A stretch of 64,000 nucleotides of DNA from Bacteroidales bacterium (GCA_030539115.1 JAUNSR010000018.1:885-64884); one strand, 5' to 3'. Counted from the first letter of the stretch, positions 31,297 to 41,496 are shown. Program-made: numbers and translations. The notes: a model not told the origin generated them from the sequence alone.

Positions 31297-32622
31297 ATGA
31301 TTAACAGAAGAGATTTTTTAAAACAAATGAACACAATAGGAGCAGTAGCAATATTGGGGTCAGCACCTTGGGTTGATGCATTTGGTGAAATGAATAATAC
31401 CCAAAATGAAAAACTAAAAGTAGGCATAATAGGACCCGGATCAAGAGGAAGATTTCTTATGAGCTTTCTTGTAAAAAATCCTAAAGTTGATATTATTGCT
31501 ATATGCGACAATTACCAGCCATCAATTGATGAAGCCTTAAAAATGGTTCCGGATGCTAAAGTATATACTGATTACAGAAAACTTCTTGAGAATAAAGACA
31601 TAACATCTGTTGTGGTTGCAACACCTTTATATTCTCACTGTCAGATTGTTCTTGATGCTTTTGATGCCGGTAAGAATGTCTATTGTGAAAAGACTATCGG
31701 TTTTACTCCTGATGAATGTCTGTTGATGTATGATAAATACAAATCTTCCAACAAAATCTTCTTTACAGGTCAGCAGAGACTTTTTGATCCAAGATATTTA
31801 AAAACCATGGAAATGGTTCATCAGGGAATGTTTGGCGAGATAGCTGCCGTTCATACATTTTGGAATAGGAATGGCGACTGGAGAAGGGCAGTTCCATCTC
31901 CTGACCTTGAAAGAAAAATTAATTGGAGGTTATATAAAGAATATTCAAAAGGTCTTATGACAGAACTTGGCTGTCATCAAATCCAAATTGGCACATGGGC
32001 TATGAAATCAATACCGGAAAAAATCATGGGACATGGAGCAATTACTTTCTGGAAAGACGGAAGAGAGGTTTATGATAATGTAAATGTTATTTATGTGCTT
32101 GAAGATGGACGAAAGATCACTTTTGGCTCGGTAATCTCCAACAAATTCTACGGACTGGAGGAACAGATTTTAGGAAACAAAGGTACTGTTGAGCCTGAAA
32201 AGGGTAAATATTACTTTGAAAACCCAACTCCTGACCCGGCTTTTCTTAGAATGATAAACAAAATAGAGAGAGATGTTTTTGATGCCGTTCCTTTTGCAGG
32301 TACCAGTTGGGCTCCTGAAACAGGTTCTCAGAATAAAGGAGAATATATTTTAGGAGAAACGCCTCAAACAGATGGCACTTGTGAAAACTTGGCTGCTTTT
32401 GTAGAAGCTTCAATTACAAATAAACAACCTGAAAAGATTGCCGAAGAGGGTTATTATGCATCTGTACTTGCTCTTCTTGGTCATGAGGCTATCGAACAGG
32501 AACAAATTATTTCCTTTCCTGAGCACCTTAAGCTCGATTATTTAAATCATAAAAGGACTATTTTCCCGGGAGAAAATAATAATGACTTCTATTCAAGAGG
32601 GACATTAAGTGGAATAGATTAA
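31297..32622 (+). CDS. Gfo/Idh/MocA family oxidoreductase with twin-arginine signal
   Basis: MINRRDFLK...ILGSAP is a TAT signal. Rossmann motif VGIIGPGSRG. The VYCEKT segment corresponds to the family EKP region. Confidence 0.85.
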   Translation: MINRRDFLKQMNTIGAVAILGSAPWVDAFGEMNNTQNEKLKVGIIGPGSRGRFLMSFLVKNPKVDIIAICDNYQPSIDEALKMVPDAKVYTDYRKLLENKDITSVVVATPLYSHCQIVLDAFDAGKNVYCEKTIGFTPDECLLMYDKYKSSNKIFFTGQQRLFDPRYLKTMEMVHQGMFGEIAAVHTFWNRNGDWRRAVPSPDLERKINWRLYKEYSKGLMTELGCHQIQIGTWAMKSIPEKIMGHGAITFWKDGREVYDNVNVIYVLEDGRKITFGSVISNKFYGLEEQILGNKGTVEPEKGKYYFENPTPDPAFLRMINKIERDVFDAVPFAGTSWAPETGSQNKGEYILGETPQTDGTCENLAAFVEASITNKQPEKIAEEGYYASVLALLGHEAIEQEQIISFPEHLKLDYLNHKRTIFPGENNNDFYSRGTLSGID

Positions 32623-32634
32623 GATAAAATAATT

Positions 32635-32871
32635 ATGAAAGATACACTTATCACAGCAAAAAGAAAAAAGATTGAGCTGATTACATTTATCATTTGCTTT
32701 ATTATTGCAAATATTGGAAATATATGGGCCATCATCGATTATAAAGCAAGCTTTGATGAACTTTACAAATCATTGGGTTATGTTATGATTGCAACAATTG
32801 TAATCTATTGTATATGGACTTTTTTGAGATTGATATTCTATGGTATTATAAGCCTATTTGCTAAAAAATAG
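32635..32871 (+). CDS. Small membrane protein (78 aa, two predicted TM helices)
   Basis: Two hydrophobic stretches. It lies 12 nt after the oxidoreductase gene and 17 nt before the ApbE gene. Confidence 0.55.
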   Translation: MKDTLITAKRKKIELITFIICFIIANIGNIWAIIDYKASFDELYKSLGYVMIATIVIYCIWTFLRLIFYGIISLFAKK

Positions 32872-32888
32872 AAAAAAGATCTTTTAAA

Positions 32889-33698
32889 GTGCCGATAATA
32901 GAAAAAGATTTAGACAACAATAACAATTTGATTTATTGTTGGGATGAGTCAATGCATTCAAGGATTGACTACATTATATATGGAGATAATAAAGACAATC
33001 TCAATGAGGCTGTAACTGAGATTTCACACACACTTACATACCTTGAAAACATCGGTAACAGATTTAACTTAAAAAGTGAGGTTTTCAGACTTAACCAAGG
33101 GTTCTGTAATACTCCAATTAAGTTAAGCGACACTTTATTTGATATTTTAAAGCAGGGAAAGGATAATTTTCAAAAGAGTTTGGGATATTTTGACATTACC
33201 ATACAATCACATGCCAATATAAATAACAGATGGGAACATATTTTCTTTGATGAAGATAATAAATCTATTGTCTCTGATATTGAAAATATAAGCTTTGATC
33301 TTGGTGGCTGGTTGAAAGGCTTTGCAGTTGACAAAATAATTGACATCATCGACGATAAGAATATCAGCAACGGATTTATAGATTTTGGTCACAGCTCAAT
33401 AAGAGCCATCGGCAGAAACTATGACAATTCCGACTGGGTCATTGCATGTAAAACAGCCACAGCTATCAAGAACGTTGCAATCAATAATTTTGCTCTATCA
33501 ACCTCAGGCAATGAAACTATTGATAGAGAGCATATTATAAATCCCTTTTCAGGAGAATATTTAAAAGGCATCAATGTGATCAGCGTTAAAAGCCCAACGG
33601 CAGCTAAAGGGGAAGTATTAAGTACTGCACTTTGCTGTTCGCCAAAAGAAAAATGGAATAATATATTGGATGCCTTTGAGGGGGAAATCATTGACTGA
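32889..33698 (+). CDS. ApbE-family FAD:protein FMN transferase, without recognisable signal peptide
   Basis: GTG start as in the track. GGWLKGFAVD, LSTSGN, HIINPFSG and GEVLSTAL match conserved ApbE blocks. Confidence 0.75.
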   Translation: MPIIEKDLDNNNNLIYCWDESMHSRIDYIIYGDNKDNLNEAVTEISHTLTYLENIGNRFNLKSEVFRLNQGFCNTPIKLSDTLFDILKQGKDNFQKSLGYFDITIQSHANINNRWEHIFFDEDNKSIVSDIENISFDLGGWLKGFAVDKIIDIIDDKNISNGFIDFGHSSIRAIGRNYDNSDWVIACKTATAIKNVAINNFALSTSGNETIDREHIINPFSGEYLKGINVISVKSPTAAKGEVLSTALCCSPKEKWNNILDAFEGEIID

Positions 33699-33774
33699 CA
33701 ATCAAACGCTGAAGATATTCATTAAATGTTTCAACATTTACTATATTCCATTACAATATCAATAATAAGAGAAA

Positions 33775-33823
33775 TAAAAAAACTCACGACAAAATATTTT
33801 AAAATTTCGTCGTGAGTTTTTTT
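33775..33823. terminator. Bidirectional terminator between the convergent ApbE and BCCP genes
   Basis: A-run, actcacgac-N18-gtcgtgagt (9 bp), T-run. Confidence 0.75.
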
Positions 33824-33837
33824 AATTATTTCTGATA

Positions 33838-34182
33838 TTATTTATCAACATCATCTGCAGGCTCCAACGCCAACATAAGATAACCTTTCTTAATCTTTTC
33901 ACCAGGAGTTACATTTATAGATTTCACTACTCCATCAAATGGAGCTCTCACTCTATTTTGCATCTTCATAGCCTCATGTATAAGAAGGAGTTCTCCCTTC
34001 TTAACCTTTTGGCCCTCCTTTATAAAGATCTCAATGATAGTTCCGGGAAGATGAGCTTTCATCTCTCCAAAAATGGGGTTTTCCCATTTTTTCCTGTTCA
34101 AGAACTTATTTGTAAGTGTCGTATTATAATATCTCGCTAATATTACGAAAGGTACAAGTTCTTTTTTGTCTTGATTTTCCAT
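33838..34182 (-). CDS. Biotin carboxyl carrier (biotinyl-domain) protein
   Basis: Biotinylation motif EAMKM in a lipoyl/biotinyl-fold C-terminus. It sits immediately downstream of the carboxyltransferase gene. Confidence 0.9.
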   Translation of the reverse strand: MENQDKKELVPFVILARYYNTTLTNKFLNRKKWENPIFGEMKAHLPGTIIEIFIKEGQKVKKGELLLIHEAMKMQNRVRAPFDGVVKSINVTPGEKIKKGYLMLALEPADDVDK

Positions 34183-34194
34183 AACAACAAGATT

Positions 34195-35742
34195 TTAGAA
34201 TGGAGGCAATCCATGCTTCTTAGCAGGACGATATTCCTCTTTGGATTTAGACAGTGCCAACGCATGCAATACATAAGAACGAGTTTCTGCAGGACTGATT
34301 ACAGTATCAATAAATCCCTTTGCAGCAGCCACATAAGGATTTGCAAATTTATCGATATATTCCTGAACCTTCTCTTCTCTTATTGCAGACGGATTTTCAG
34401 CCTCTTTAATCTCTTTTGCAAAAATTATATTTGCAGCTCCCTCAGGACCCATTACAGCAATTTCAGCTGTTGGCCATGCAAAAACAAAATCTGCGCCCAA
34501 GTGGCGTGAATTCATAGCAATATAACCTCCGCCGTAAGCTTTTCTAAGAATTACAGTAATCTTCGGAACTGTAGCTTCAGAATAAGCATAAAGCATCTTA
34601 GCGCCGTGACGAATCACACCGGCATGTTCCTGATCTACCCCCGGTAGATATCCCGGCATATCTTCCAACGTTACAATTGGAATATTGAAAGAATCGCAGT
34701 ATCTTATGAAACGGGCAGCTTTACAGGCTGAATCTATATCCAATACGCCTGCCAAAACCATTGGCTGATTGGCAACAAAACCTACTGTTTCGCCTCCCAT
34801 ACGGCCAAAACCGATTACTATGTTTGAAGCCCAAAGTTCATGAACTTCTGTAAACTCCGAATTATCTGCTATAGAACGTATAATCTGACGGACATCATAA
34901 GGTTGATGAGGATCTGACGGTATAATATTCTCTATAGGAGAAGTTATTGTCGGTTCAACAGATTCTATTTCCTCTGCCTTTACTGTGTTGTTGGCAGGTA
35001 TTAAAGATATAAGCTTTTTAATCTGTTCAAAACACTCAATCTCGCTGTAAGCAAAGAAATGAGCATTTCCTGTTGTTTCTGCCTGTACTTTTGCTCCACC
35101 AAGGTCTTCCTGAGATATCTCCTCTCCCAATACCGTTTTAATAACATTAGGACCGGTAATAAACATTTTAGATATTTGATCTACAACAAAAACAAAATCT
35201 GTCAATGCCGGAGAATATACGGCTCCACCTGCACAAGGACCAAGAATAACAGATATCTGAGGTATAACACCTGAGGCTATGGTATTTCTATAAAATATCT
35301 CACCATATCCTGCAAGAGCGCCGACACCCTCCTGAATACGCGCCCCGCCTGAATCATTAATTCCTATAATAGGAATTCTCAATTTCAAGGCATGGTCCAT
35401 TATTTTTGTTATCTTCCTTGCATGTGCAAGGCCCAATGATCCTCCTGCTACAGTAAAATCCTGAGCATAAATGCAAACCGGTTGTCCATTGATACTTCCT
35501 GTTCCGGTTATGACACCATCACCGGGAAGTTTCTTTTTATCCATTCCAAAATCATGGCTTTCATGTTCTACAAATAAATCATACTCATGAAATGAATTCT
35601 CATCAAGAAGCTTCATGATACGATTACGTGCAGTCAATTTTCCTGAGGCTTCCTGCTTGGAAATAGCTGCATCGCCTCCCCCCTTTTGAAGAAGAGCAAT
35701 CTTCTCATTTAAAAGGAGAATTTTACTTGTTATTGTGCTCAT
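34195..35742 (-). CDS. Acyl-CoA carboxylase carboxyltransferase subunit (propionyl-CoA carboxylase beta / methylmalonyl-CoA decarboxylase alpha family)
   Basis: 515 aa. GGGDAAI.KQ...GKLTARNRI, AQDFTV.GGSLG and PKITVILRKAYGGGYIAM are typical of the family. Confidence 0.93.
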   Translation of the reverse strand: MSTITSKILLLNEKIALLQKGGGDAAISKQEASGKLTARNRIMKLLDENSFHEYDLFVEHESHDFGMDKKKLPGDGVITGTGSINGQPVCIYAQDFTVAGGSLGLAHARKITKIMDHALKLRIPIIGINDSGGARIQEGVGALAGYGEIFYRNTIASGVIPQISVILGPCAGGAVYSPALTDFVFVVDQISKMFITGPNVIKTVLGEEISQEDLGGAKVQAETTGNAHFFAYSEIECFEQIKKLISLIPANNTVKAEEIESVEPTITSPIENIIPSDPHQPYDVRQIIRSIADNSEFTEVHELWASNIVIGFGRMGGETVGFVANQPMVLAGVLDIDSACKAARFIRYCDSFNIPIVTLEDMPGYLPGVDQEHAGVIRHGAKMLYAYSEATVPKITVILRKAYGGGYIAMNSRHLGADFVFAWPTAEIAVMGPEGAANIIFAKEIKEAENPSAIREEKVQEYIDKFANPYVAAAKGFIDTVISPAETRSYVLHALALSKSKEEYRPAKKHGLPPF

Positions 35743-35877
35743 AGTCTAATATTTATTTACATGCCAACAGATGTTGGCATATAAGATGTTTTTAAAAATA
35801 CACATAATATGAATCCTACAAGACATAGTAAGTCTTTTAAAGATTAATATGGATTTTAAATTCTGTATTATGTAGTT

Positions 35878-36435
35878 TTATTTTGACTGTGCTTTTACTT
35901 TGTAGCTGCACCTTGTCTTTCCCTTAATGATACTTGTAAGTTTAGATTTAATAAGCTGCTTTCTTATTGGAGAAATATGGTCGATAAATAATTTTCCCTC
36001 CAAATGGTCATATTCATGCTGAACAATACGGGCGGCAAAACCGGAAAGTTTTTCCTCCTTTGGTTCAAAATTTTCATTTAAATACTTAATTGTTATTGAA
36101 GTCGGACGAGACACAGATTCATGAATACCAGGTAAACTTAAACATCCCTCCTCTATTGATACTTTTTCATCTCCGTAAGATTCAATAGTTGGATTAATCA
36201 AGGTTCTTTTAAAACCTGTACACTCAGGGAAATCCTCTGCCAAAACATCTCCATCAATTACTATAAGATTAATCGGCAGACCTATTTGAGGAGCGGCAAG
36301 TCCTACACCCTCTGAGGCATACATAGTCTCAAACATATCAGAAACTATTTGATTTATATTTGCATACTCCTTGTCAATATTCTGAGCCACTTTTCTTAAA
36401 ACCGGCTGTCCGTATAAATAAACTGATAACTTCAT
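35878..36435 (-). CDS. def: Peptide deformylase
   Basis: The three motifs [15 protein letters not shown] and QHEYDHLEG. Confidence 0.96.
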   Translation of the reverse strand: MKLSVYLYGQPVLRKVAQNIDKEYANINQIVSDMFETMYASEGVGLAAPQIGLPINLIVIDGDVLAEDFPECTGFKRTLINPTIESYGDEKVSIEEGCLSLPGIHESVSRPTSITIKYLNENFEPKEEKLSGFAARIVQHEYDHLEGKLFIDHISPIRKQLIKSKLTSIIKGKTRCSYKVKAQSK

Positions 36436-36552
36436 CTATATATAATTTTTTAACTCTTAGTTATAAATGAGCCATATATATACTTTTTATTTGTATTTCA
36501 CCATCAGGTGAACAATGACCATTTATAAATAAACACATGTAACTGTTCTTTA

Positions 36553-36972
36553 TCAATAAGTTCGGCTGCTCTCCATATAACTTTGAAGAATTATTGTAGC
36601 GCTGATCTCATCAACAAGTTCTTTGTTTTGTCTGTCTTTTTTTTTCAGACCCCCTGAAAGCATAGTCCGGTGAGCCAATACGGAAGTAAATCTCTCATCA
36701 ACATACTCTATTGGAATATCCGGAAAAGTTTTTTTAAACAGATTAACAAAAGGATTTATATATTTCCAATTCTCAGAGAGCTGATTGTTCATCTGTTTTG
36801 GAAGCCCCAGTATTACAAGTTCTACATTTTCCTTTATTAAATATTCCTTGAGAAAATCTATAAGTTTTGCTGAAGCCACAGTTGTCAAACCATTGGCAAT
36901 GATCTTTAATGGATCAGTAACGGCAATACCGCATCTTTTTCTCCCGTAATCTATCGATAATATTCTTCCCAT
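36553..36972 (-). CDS. ruvX: Holliday-junction resolvase-like nuclease RuvX (YqgF)
   Basis: 139 aa. N-terminal ILSIDYGRKRCGIAV and DERFTS motifs. Confidence 0.92.
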   Translation of the reverse strand: MGRILSIDYGRKRCGIAVTDPLKIIANGLTTVASAKLIDFLKEYLIKENVELVILGLPKQMNNQLSENWKYINPFVNLFKKTFPDIPIEYVDERFTSVLAHRTMLSGGLKKKDRQNKELVDEISATIILQSYMESSRTY

Positions 36973-37044
36973 ATTCCGACAAAGATAACAATAACAAAGA
37001 AATAGAACAATTAATAGATAAATAGTAACATTCGGTTAACTTTT

Positions 37045-38616
37045 TTAAAAGCCAAAATCATCTACTTCAGCTTTCTCTATTTTCTTTGCCTCAGGCTTTT
37101 TTGCATCTGTTTGACGCTCTACTCCCTCGATATATATTGCCTGAAAAGGGCGCACAGGACATATAAACTCACATCCTCCGCAGCCTATGCATAAATCGGG
37201 ATCAAGCTGAGGTCGGGTCAATCCATTTTCAAAAGGCACCATTTTCACTGCCTGAGTAGGACAATGCTCTGAACATGCTCCACAGTCATGATGGTCATTG
37301 GTTACTATACAAAGATCCAAGCGCAAATGTGCAACACCAATCTTTGTCAGCCTTTTCTCCTCTATAGGCAGTGGTCTCAAAGCTCCTGTTGGGCAAACAC
37401 TTGCACAAATATCGCAATTGTAATTACAGAAACCATTTTTATATTTTACCGTCGGCTCAAAGACTCCCTCCAGTCCATATTCGGTAAAAGCAGGAGTAAG
37501 CACCTTTGATGGACATTTGGTAATACATAAATGACAAGCCGTACAGCTTTTATTAAAAGACTCTCTATCTTGTGCACCCGGAGGCATGATTGGTTTACGA
37601 TGTGCTGCCGGATCATTTTCTATTGCTTTGGCAGAAAGTTTTTCTGCAATCATAGCTCCACCAACAACTCCGGTTGTGATTATCAAATCTCTTCTTGTTT
37701 GGTCGACAGCATCTTTTTTAGTTTTTTTTTCGATCTCCTTTTTTGAAAAGAAAGCCGGCTTTAACGTCTTTACAGATGATGGCAAAATAAACTTATATCC
37801 TATTCCGCCCTTTTTGCACACTTTCAGACAGTTAAAACAGCTTACGCATCTTGTTTCATCAATCTTTTTATTTTCCGAATCTATGCACTCGCTCTTGCAG
37901 CTCATTCCGCATAAGCCACAGCTTGTACATTTAATATCATCCAACTTAACACGAAACAACGAGACCTTTGAAAGCATTCCTAGAAATGTTCCTACCGGAC
38001 ACACTACATTGCAGTACATTCTGCCATGCTTAAAAGTAAATGCAATCAAAACAGCAACAACTGCCAATGCACATATACTGCTAAACCATGTAAGGCCTGT
38101 TATTTCTACAGAATATAATGGAGTATTGTAATTGCCGCTTCTTATAAATGCCGCTGCAATAAAATTATTTACATAAATAACAGCCGGTCTTACAATATTG
38201 GAAATTATTCTTCCAAAATTGCTGTATGGATCAAGCCAAACTACCAAAGCTGAAGTTCCTGACATAAACGAAGCCAGAGTTAAAAACAAAACAGTATATC
38301 TTATCCAGCTCTTAGGCTTCTGATAGGTGTATTTATGCTTTCTTCTCTTATAAAAAAGAGAACTTACTCTTATCAATATATCCTGAAATATTCCAAGAGG
38401 ACAGATTGCAGAACAAAAAACTCTTCCAAATAAAAGGCTCAAAAGCAACAACACTGACACAACAGGTGTTACCATCAACAAAGCCGGTACCCATTGAATT
38501 CGTGGAAGATATTTCAACTCTTCCGGCATCAAGTCCAGAAAATCTATAAAATAAAGGGTGATCAACGCAATCATAAATGTTGCGATAGTCACCCTCATAA
38601 TTTTTAGTATATGCAT
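37045..38616 (-). CDS. Membrane-bound polyferredoxin: NapH/NosR-like N-terminal membrane domain fused to multiple 4Fe-4S cluster domains
   Basis: About five hydrophobic segments carrying CxxxCP motifs (FCSAICPLG, YCNVVCPVG). Then CTSCGLCGMSC...CVSCFNC, a hydrophobic RRDLIITTGVVGGAMIA segment, and CTACHLCITKCP, CDICASVCP, CGACSEHCP and CIGCGGCEFICP. Confidence 0.85.
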   Translation of the reverse strand: MHILKIMRVTIATFMIALITLYFIDFLDLMPEELKYLPRIQWVPALLMVTPVVSVLLLLSLLFGRVFCSAICPLGIFQDILIRVSSLFYKRRKHKYTYQKPKSWIRYTVLFLTLASFMSGTSALVVWLDPYSNFGRIISNIVRPAVIYVNNFIAAAFIRSGNYNTPLYSVEITGLTWFSSICALAVVAVLIAFTFKHGRMYCNVVCPVGTFLGMLSKVSLFRVKLDDIKCTSCGLCGMSCKSECIDSENKKIDETRCVSCFNCLKVCKKGGIGYKFILPSSVKTLKPAFFSKKEIEKKTKKDAVDQTRRDLIITTGVVGGAMIAEKLSAKAIENDPAAHRKPIMPPGAQDRESFNKSCTACHLCITKCPSKVLTPAFTEYGLEGVFEPTVKYKNGFCNYNCDICASVCPTGALRPLPIEEKRLTKIGVAHLRLDLCIVTNDHHDCGACSEHCPTQAVKMVPFENGLTRPQLDPDLCIGCGGCEFICPVRPFQAIYIEGVERQTDAKKPEAKKIEKAEVDDFGF

Positions 38617-38618
38617 AA

Positions 38619-39548
38619 TTACATTTTAATTCTCTTAATATTCAAATTGTCAAGATCCATTCTGCCGACTTTCAAATCTCTTGCCATTGCAAGATATTGA
38701 ACATCATCCATATTCAAATCTTTTACCTGAGTAAAGAACTTGATTGCTGCTGTATCAACAGCTACCATATCTTTTGACAGGAACAATGCCTTGGTCTCAA
38801 CCACATCATCAAGTGTACGCCCCTGAGGTCCATTATTTATAAGTGTCCTATAGGCATCGACAATAGTCAAAGCAGGCTGTTTGGAAAAAGTCGCTATATC
38901 GGCTATACATTGGTGAAGGTTGTTCTGATGAAAAGCTCTTCTATCCCAAACTATTCCCATTAGATTTTTCATTGAAACTGTAACCTTTGTTCCACCATGA
39001 TTTTTAAGCACCGGCATATTAAACCAAACATCACAGTCTATCAATGACTGATGTATCTTAGCCTTCTTAAGACTTACCCCTTTTGGCAATTCAACATCCT
39101 TATACAAAGCTTCATCATTGCCCGGTATCATCTTTCCTCCTGCTTTTTTTACAGCATCCTCTATTCCGCTGTTTTTATATGAGCTTTGCTGATTGTCGCA
39201 AGTATGGTCAAACACAAGGACCTCTTTAGCTCCTGCACCCAAACATAAAGAAATCATGGTTGCCACTACTTCTGGATTTGTATTGGCACCCTGTTCAGGG
39301 CTTTTATCCCAGGCTGCATTTGGTTTGAGCACAACCTTATCACCTTTTTTTACGTATTTTTTTATTCCGCCTACCTGATCTATTGCTTTTTTCAGCATTT
39401 CGCCAGGTGACCCTCCCATCATTGCTACAATATCAGGATTACCGTCACTTACCATTGAAGTTATATCTTCAGCCTTTCCTGAATTGAAAGGCAATAATGT
39501 TGCAGCACTTGCAAGACCAACATTTTTTAAAAATTCACGGCGCTTCAT
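38619..39548 (-). CDS. DUF362 domain protein with twin-arginine signal peptide
   Basis: MKRREFLKNVGLASAATLL is a TAT signal. LKPN, NLKNH-type (VLKNHGGT) and VDA segments fit DUF362. Its stop lies 2 nt before the polyferredoxin start. Confidence 0.75.
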   Translation of the reverse strand: MKRREFLKNVGLASAATLLPFNSGKAEDITSMVSDGNPDIVAMMGGSPGEMLKKAIDQVGGIKKYVKKGDKVVLKPNAAWDKSPEQGANTNPEVVATMISLCLGAGAKEVLVFDHTCDNQQSSYKNSGIEDAVKKAGGKMIPGNDEALYKDVELPKGVSLKKAKIHQSLIDCDVWFNMPVLKNHGGTKVTVSMKNLMGIVWDRRAFHQNNLHQCIADIATFSKQPALTIVDAYRTLINNGPQGRTLDDVVETKALFLSKDMVAVDTAAIKFFTQVKDLNMDDVQYLAMARDLKVGRMDLDNLNIKRIKM

Positions 39549-40211
39549 AATGTTATTGTTATTAAGAGTTTTTAAGGTAAGAATTTAATAATTATTTTAA
39601 TAACGGGCTGCAGATGCTGTACACTCTTTATTTTTCACACCAAACACTGCTACATGGCAATATTTAATCATAAAAATATTATATACAGAATATTTTACTG
39701 TCTGTTCATCACCCCTAATCTCATATTTTAAATAAGATTTATTATCGCAAATATAATTATTTATTTATCAAATTTATATAAATAATATACAAACACAATA
39801 TTTTAAAGCTTAATTCAGGCTTAATCCGAATTGCAGCGATTTATATAATTTTAATGCCGTCTCACACATCAATAGGAAATTAATCCGACTGCAATCATTA
39901 TTCTCTTAAACAGCAGTATTTTATTAAAACTAAAATCAAACTAACACCGCTATAATATTTACTATGATTTTTTAATTTTCATTGTCATTTTTTTTTAAAC
40001 ACTTTAGTATATTATATAATTTACTAAAATGTTCATTAATAAAAACTTAAGTCTTTTATCACAAATATTGTAATATTTCATTTTTCGGGACAATGAAAAT
40101 TAATTTTTGATTAATCATAAAAATTAATTTCGCTACTATCCCATTTAACAAGGAAATAGAATTATTTAAAAAAAATTTATTTCAGTGTTATTTCAAAAGT
40201 AAGTGAAGCAT

Positions 40212-40257
40212 AGAAAAAGAAAAAGCAAGAGAAATGAGTGCATGTCATTTCTCCTGC
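40212..40257 (-). terminator. Intrinsic terminator after smpB
   Basis: Minus-sense gcaggagaaatga-catgcac-tcatttctcttgc (13 bp, one mismatch), followed by tttttctttttc. Confidence 0.8.
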
Positions 40258-40280
40258 TTCTATAAAAAATGCGGGTTAAT

Positions 40281-40733
40281 TTATTTTTTGAACATTCTGT
40301 CCATTTGTCGTTTATCTTCGCGCTCCTTGATGGACTGACGCTTGTCATAGCTTTTCTTACCCTTAGCCAATGCAATCATAACCTTGGCATGCCCCTTTTC
40401 ATCAATAAAAAGCTTTGACGGAATAATTGTCAAACCGGACTCCTTGATTTGTCGTTCAAGCTTCACAAGCTCTTTTTTCTCCAAAAGCAGCTTTCTCTCT
40501 CTTCTGGCAGTGTGGTTATTGTATGTACCATAAAAGTACTCGGCGATATACATATTCTTAATCCACAGCTCGCCATTTGCAAAATAGCAAAAAGAGTCAA
40601 CCAAACTTGCCTTTCCAAGACGGATAGACTTTATTTCAGTTCCCGTCAGCACAATTCCGGCTTTATAAGAATCAAGGATTTCAAAGTCGAAAGTTGCTCT
40701 TTTGTTTTTTATATTTATGTTAGGAAGTTTCAT
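40281..40733 (-). CDS. smpB: SsrA-binding protein SmpB
   Basis: 150 aa. NK.A.FDF.I...Y.AGIVL.GTEIKS.R and LLL.K.E..KL motifs. Confidence 0.95.
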   Translation of the reverse strand: MKLPNINIKNKRATFDFEILDSYKAGIVLTGTEIKSIRLGKASLVDSFCYFANGELWIKNMYIAEYFYGTYNNHTARRERKLLLEKKELVKLERQIKESGLTIIPSKLFIDEKGHAKVMIALAKGKKSYDKRQSIKEREDKRQMDRMFKK

Positions 40734-40926
40734 ATTAACACCTTATTATTATTACGACATTTCAGGTCTTTAAAAACAAATCTTCAGGAAAGGAAATGTC
40801 ACTTACCTGCAGAATAGCCCGTGCAACTCTCTTTTAAATATTGTTATTGGGCATTATTTGTAAACGATTGTATAAAACTAATACAAATTTAGCCAAATAA
40901 TTGTTTGGAGTGATATTTAAAGCGGG

Positions 40927-41496
40927 TTACTTTGCCATTCCCGGCATTAAGAAAAGAAATATTTTTTCAAGAAGCAAAGGAGACAGATAAAGACATAACA
41001 CGGAAACGACAACAAAAATTATCTTATCCCTATTGATAAATTTCATGTAAACCTCTGCACCGACAAATACTATATATGCGAAATAAAGGACCACAAATTT
41101 CACAAAAAACAGCATTGGAAAAAAAGCCTGAACAATAATCAAAGTGCACCAGAGTGCATATATGTATCCCACAAATCTTTGAATTTTAATAACATTCACA
41201 TCTCTTTCAATAAATCGGCTTAAGAGTTCTTTTAATGAAAAAGAGGCAAGAAAAAAGCCCAAAAAAACTGTCACCAAAGTAACAGCTGTTGATTTAATTG
41301 CCAAATCAATTTTTGAAAAGCCATTGTTTACTATTATTCCAAGGAAAATGGCTGAAGATGTAATGCCTATCAAAGGATAAAGGAACTTATTGAAGAACGA
41401 ATCATTGCTGCTTATTGATTCAGCAGATAATTTTTTCCATGTTTCCTGAGGTGATATGCCTAAATCAAATATAGTTTGAATAATATTTTTGATCAT
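40927..41496 (-). CDS. Yip1-like integral membrane protein
   Basis: 189 aa with five hydrophobic segments after a short soluble N-terminus. The family assignment comes from topology only. Confidence 0.5.
   Translation of the reverse strand: MIKNIIQTIFDLGISPQETWKKLSAESISSNDSFFNKFLYPLIGITSSAIFLGIIVNNGFSKIDLAIKSTAVTLVTVFLGFFLASFSLKELLSRFIERDVNVIKIQRFVGYIYALWCTLIIVQAFFPMLFFVKFVVLYFAYIVFVGAEVYMKFINRDKIIFVVVSVLCLYLSPLLLEKIFLFLMPGMAK

Noticed and set aside
39549-40280. tmRNA (ssrA) next to smpB, and 6S, RNase P or SRP RNAs in the large ORF-free gaps (also 11234-12066, 49560-50166, 53896-54447 and 56215-57103)
   Set aside because: I found no tRNA-like T-arm or acceptor (GGTTCGA...CCACCA type), no tag ORF ending in ALAA, and no RNase P GAGGAAAGTCC or SRP GGAAGCAG-type cores by eye. 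A covariance-model scan would be the decisive test.
40193-40375. 60-aa minus-strand ORF overlapping the smpB 3' end
   Set aside because: It overlaps smpB out of frame and spans the smpB terminator hairpin, so it is spurious.
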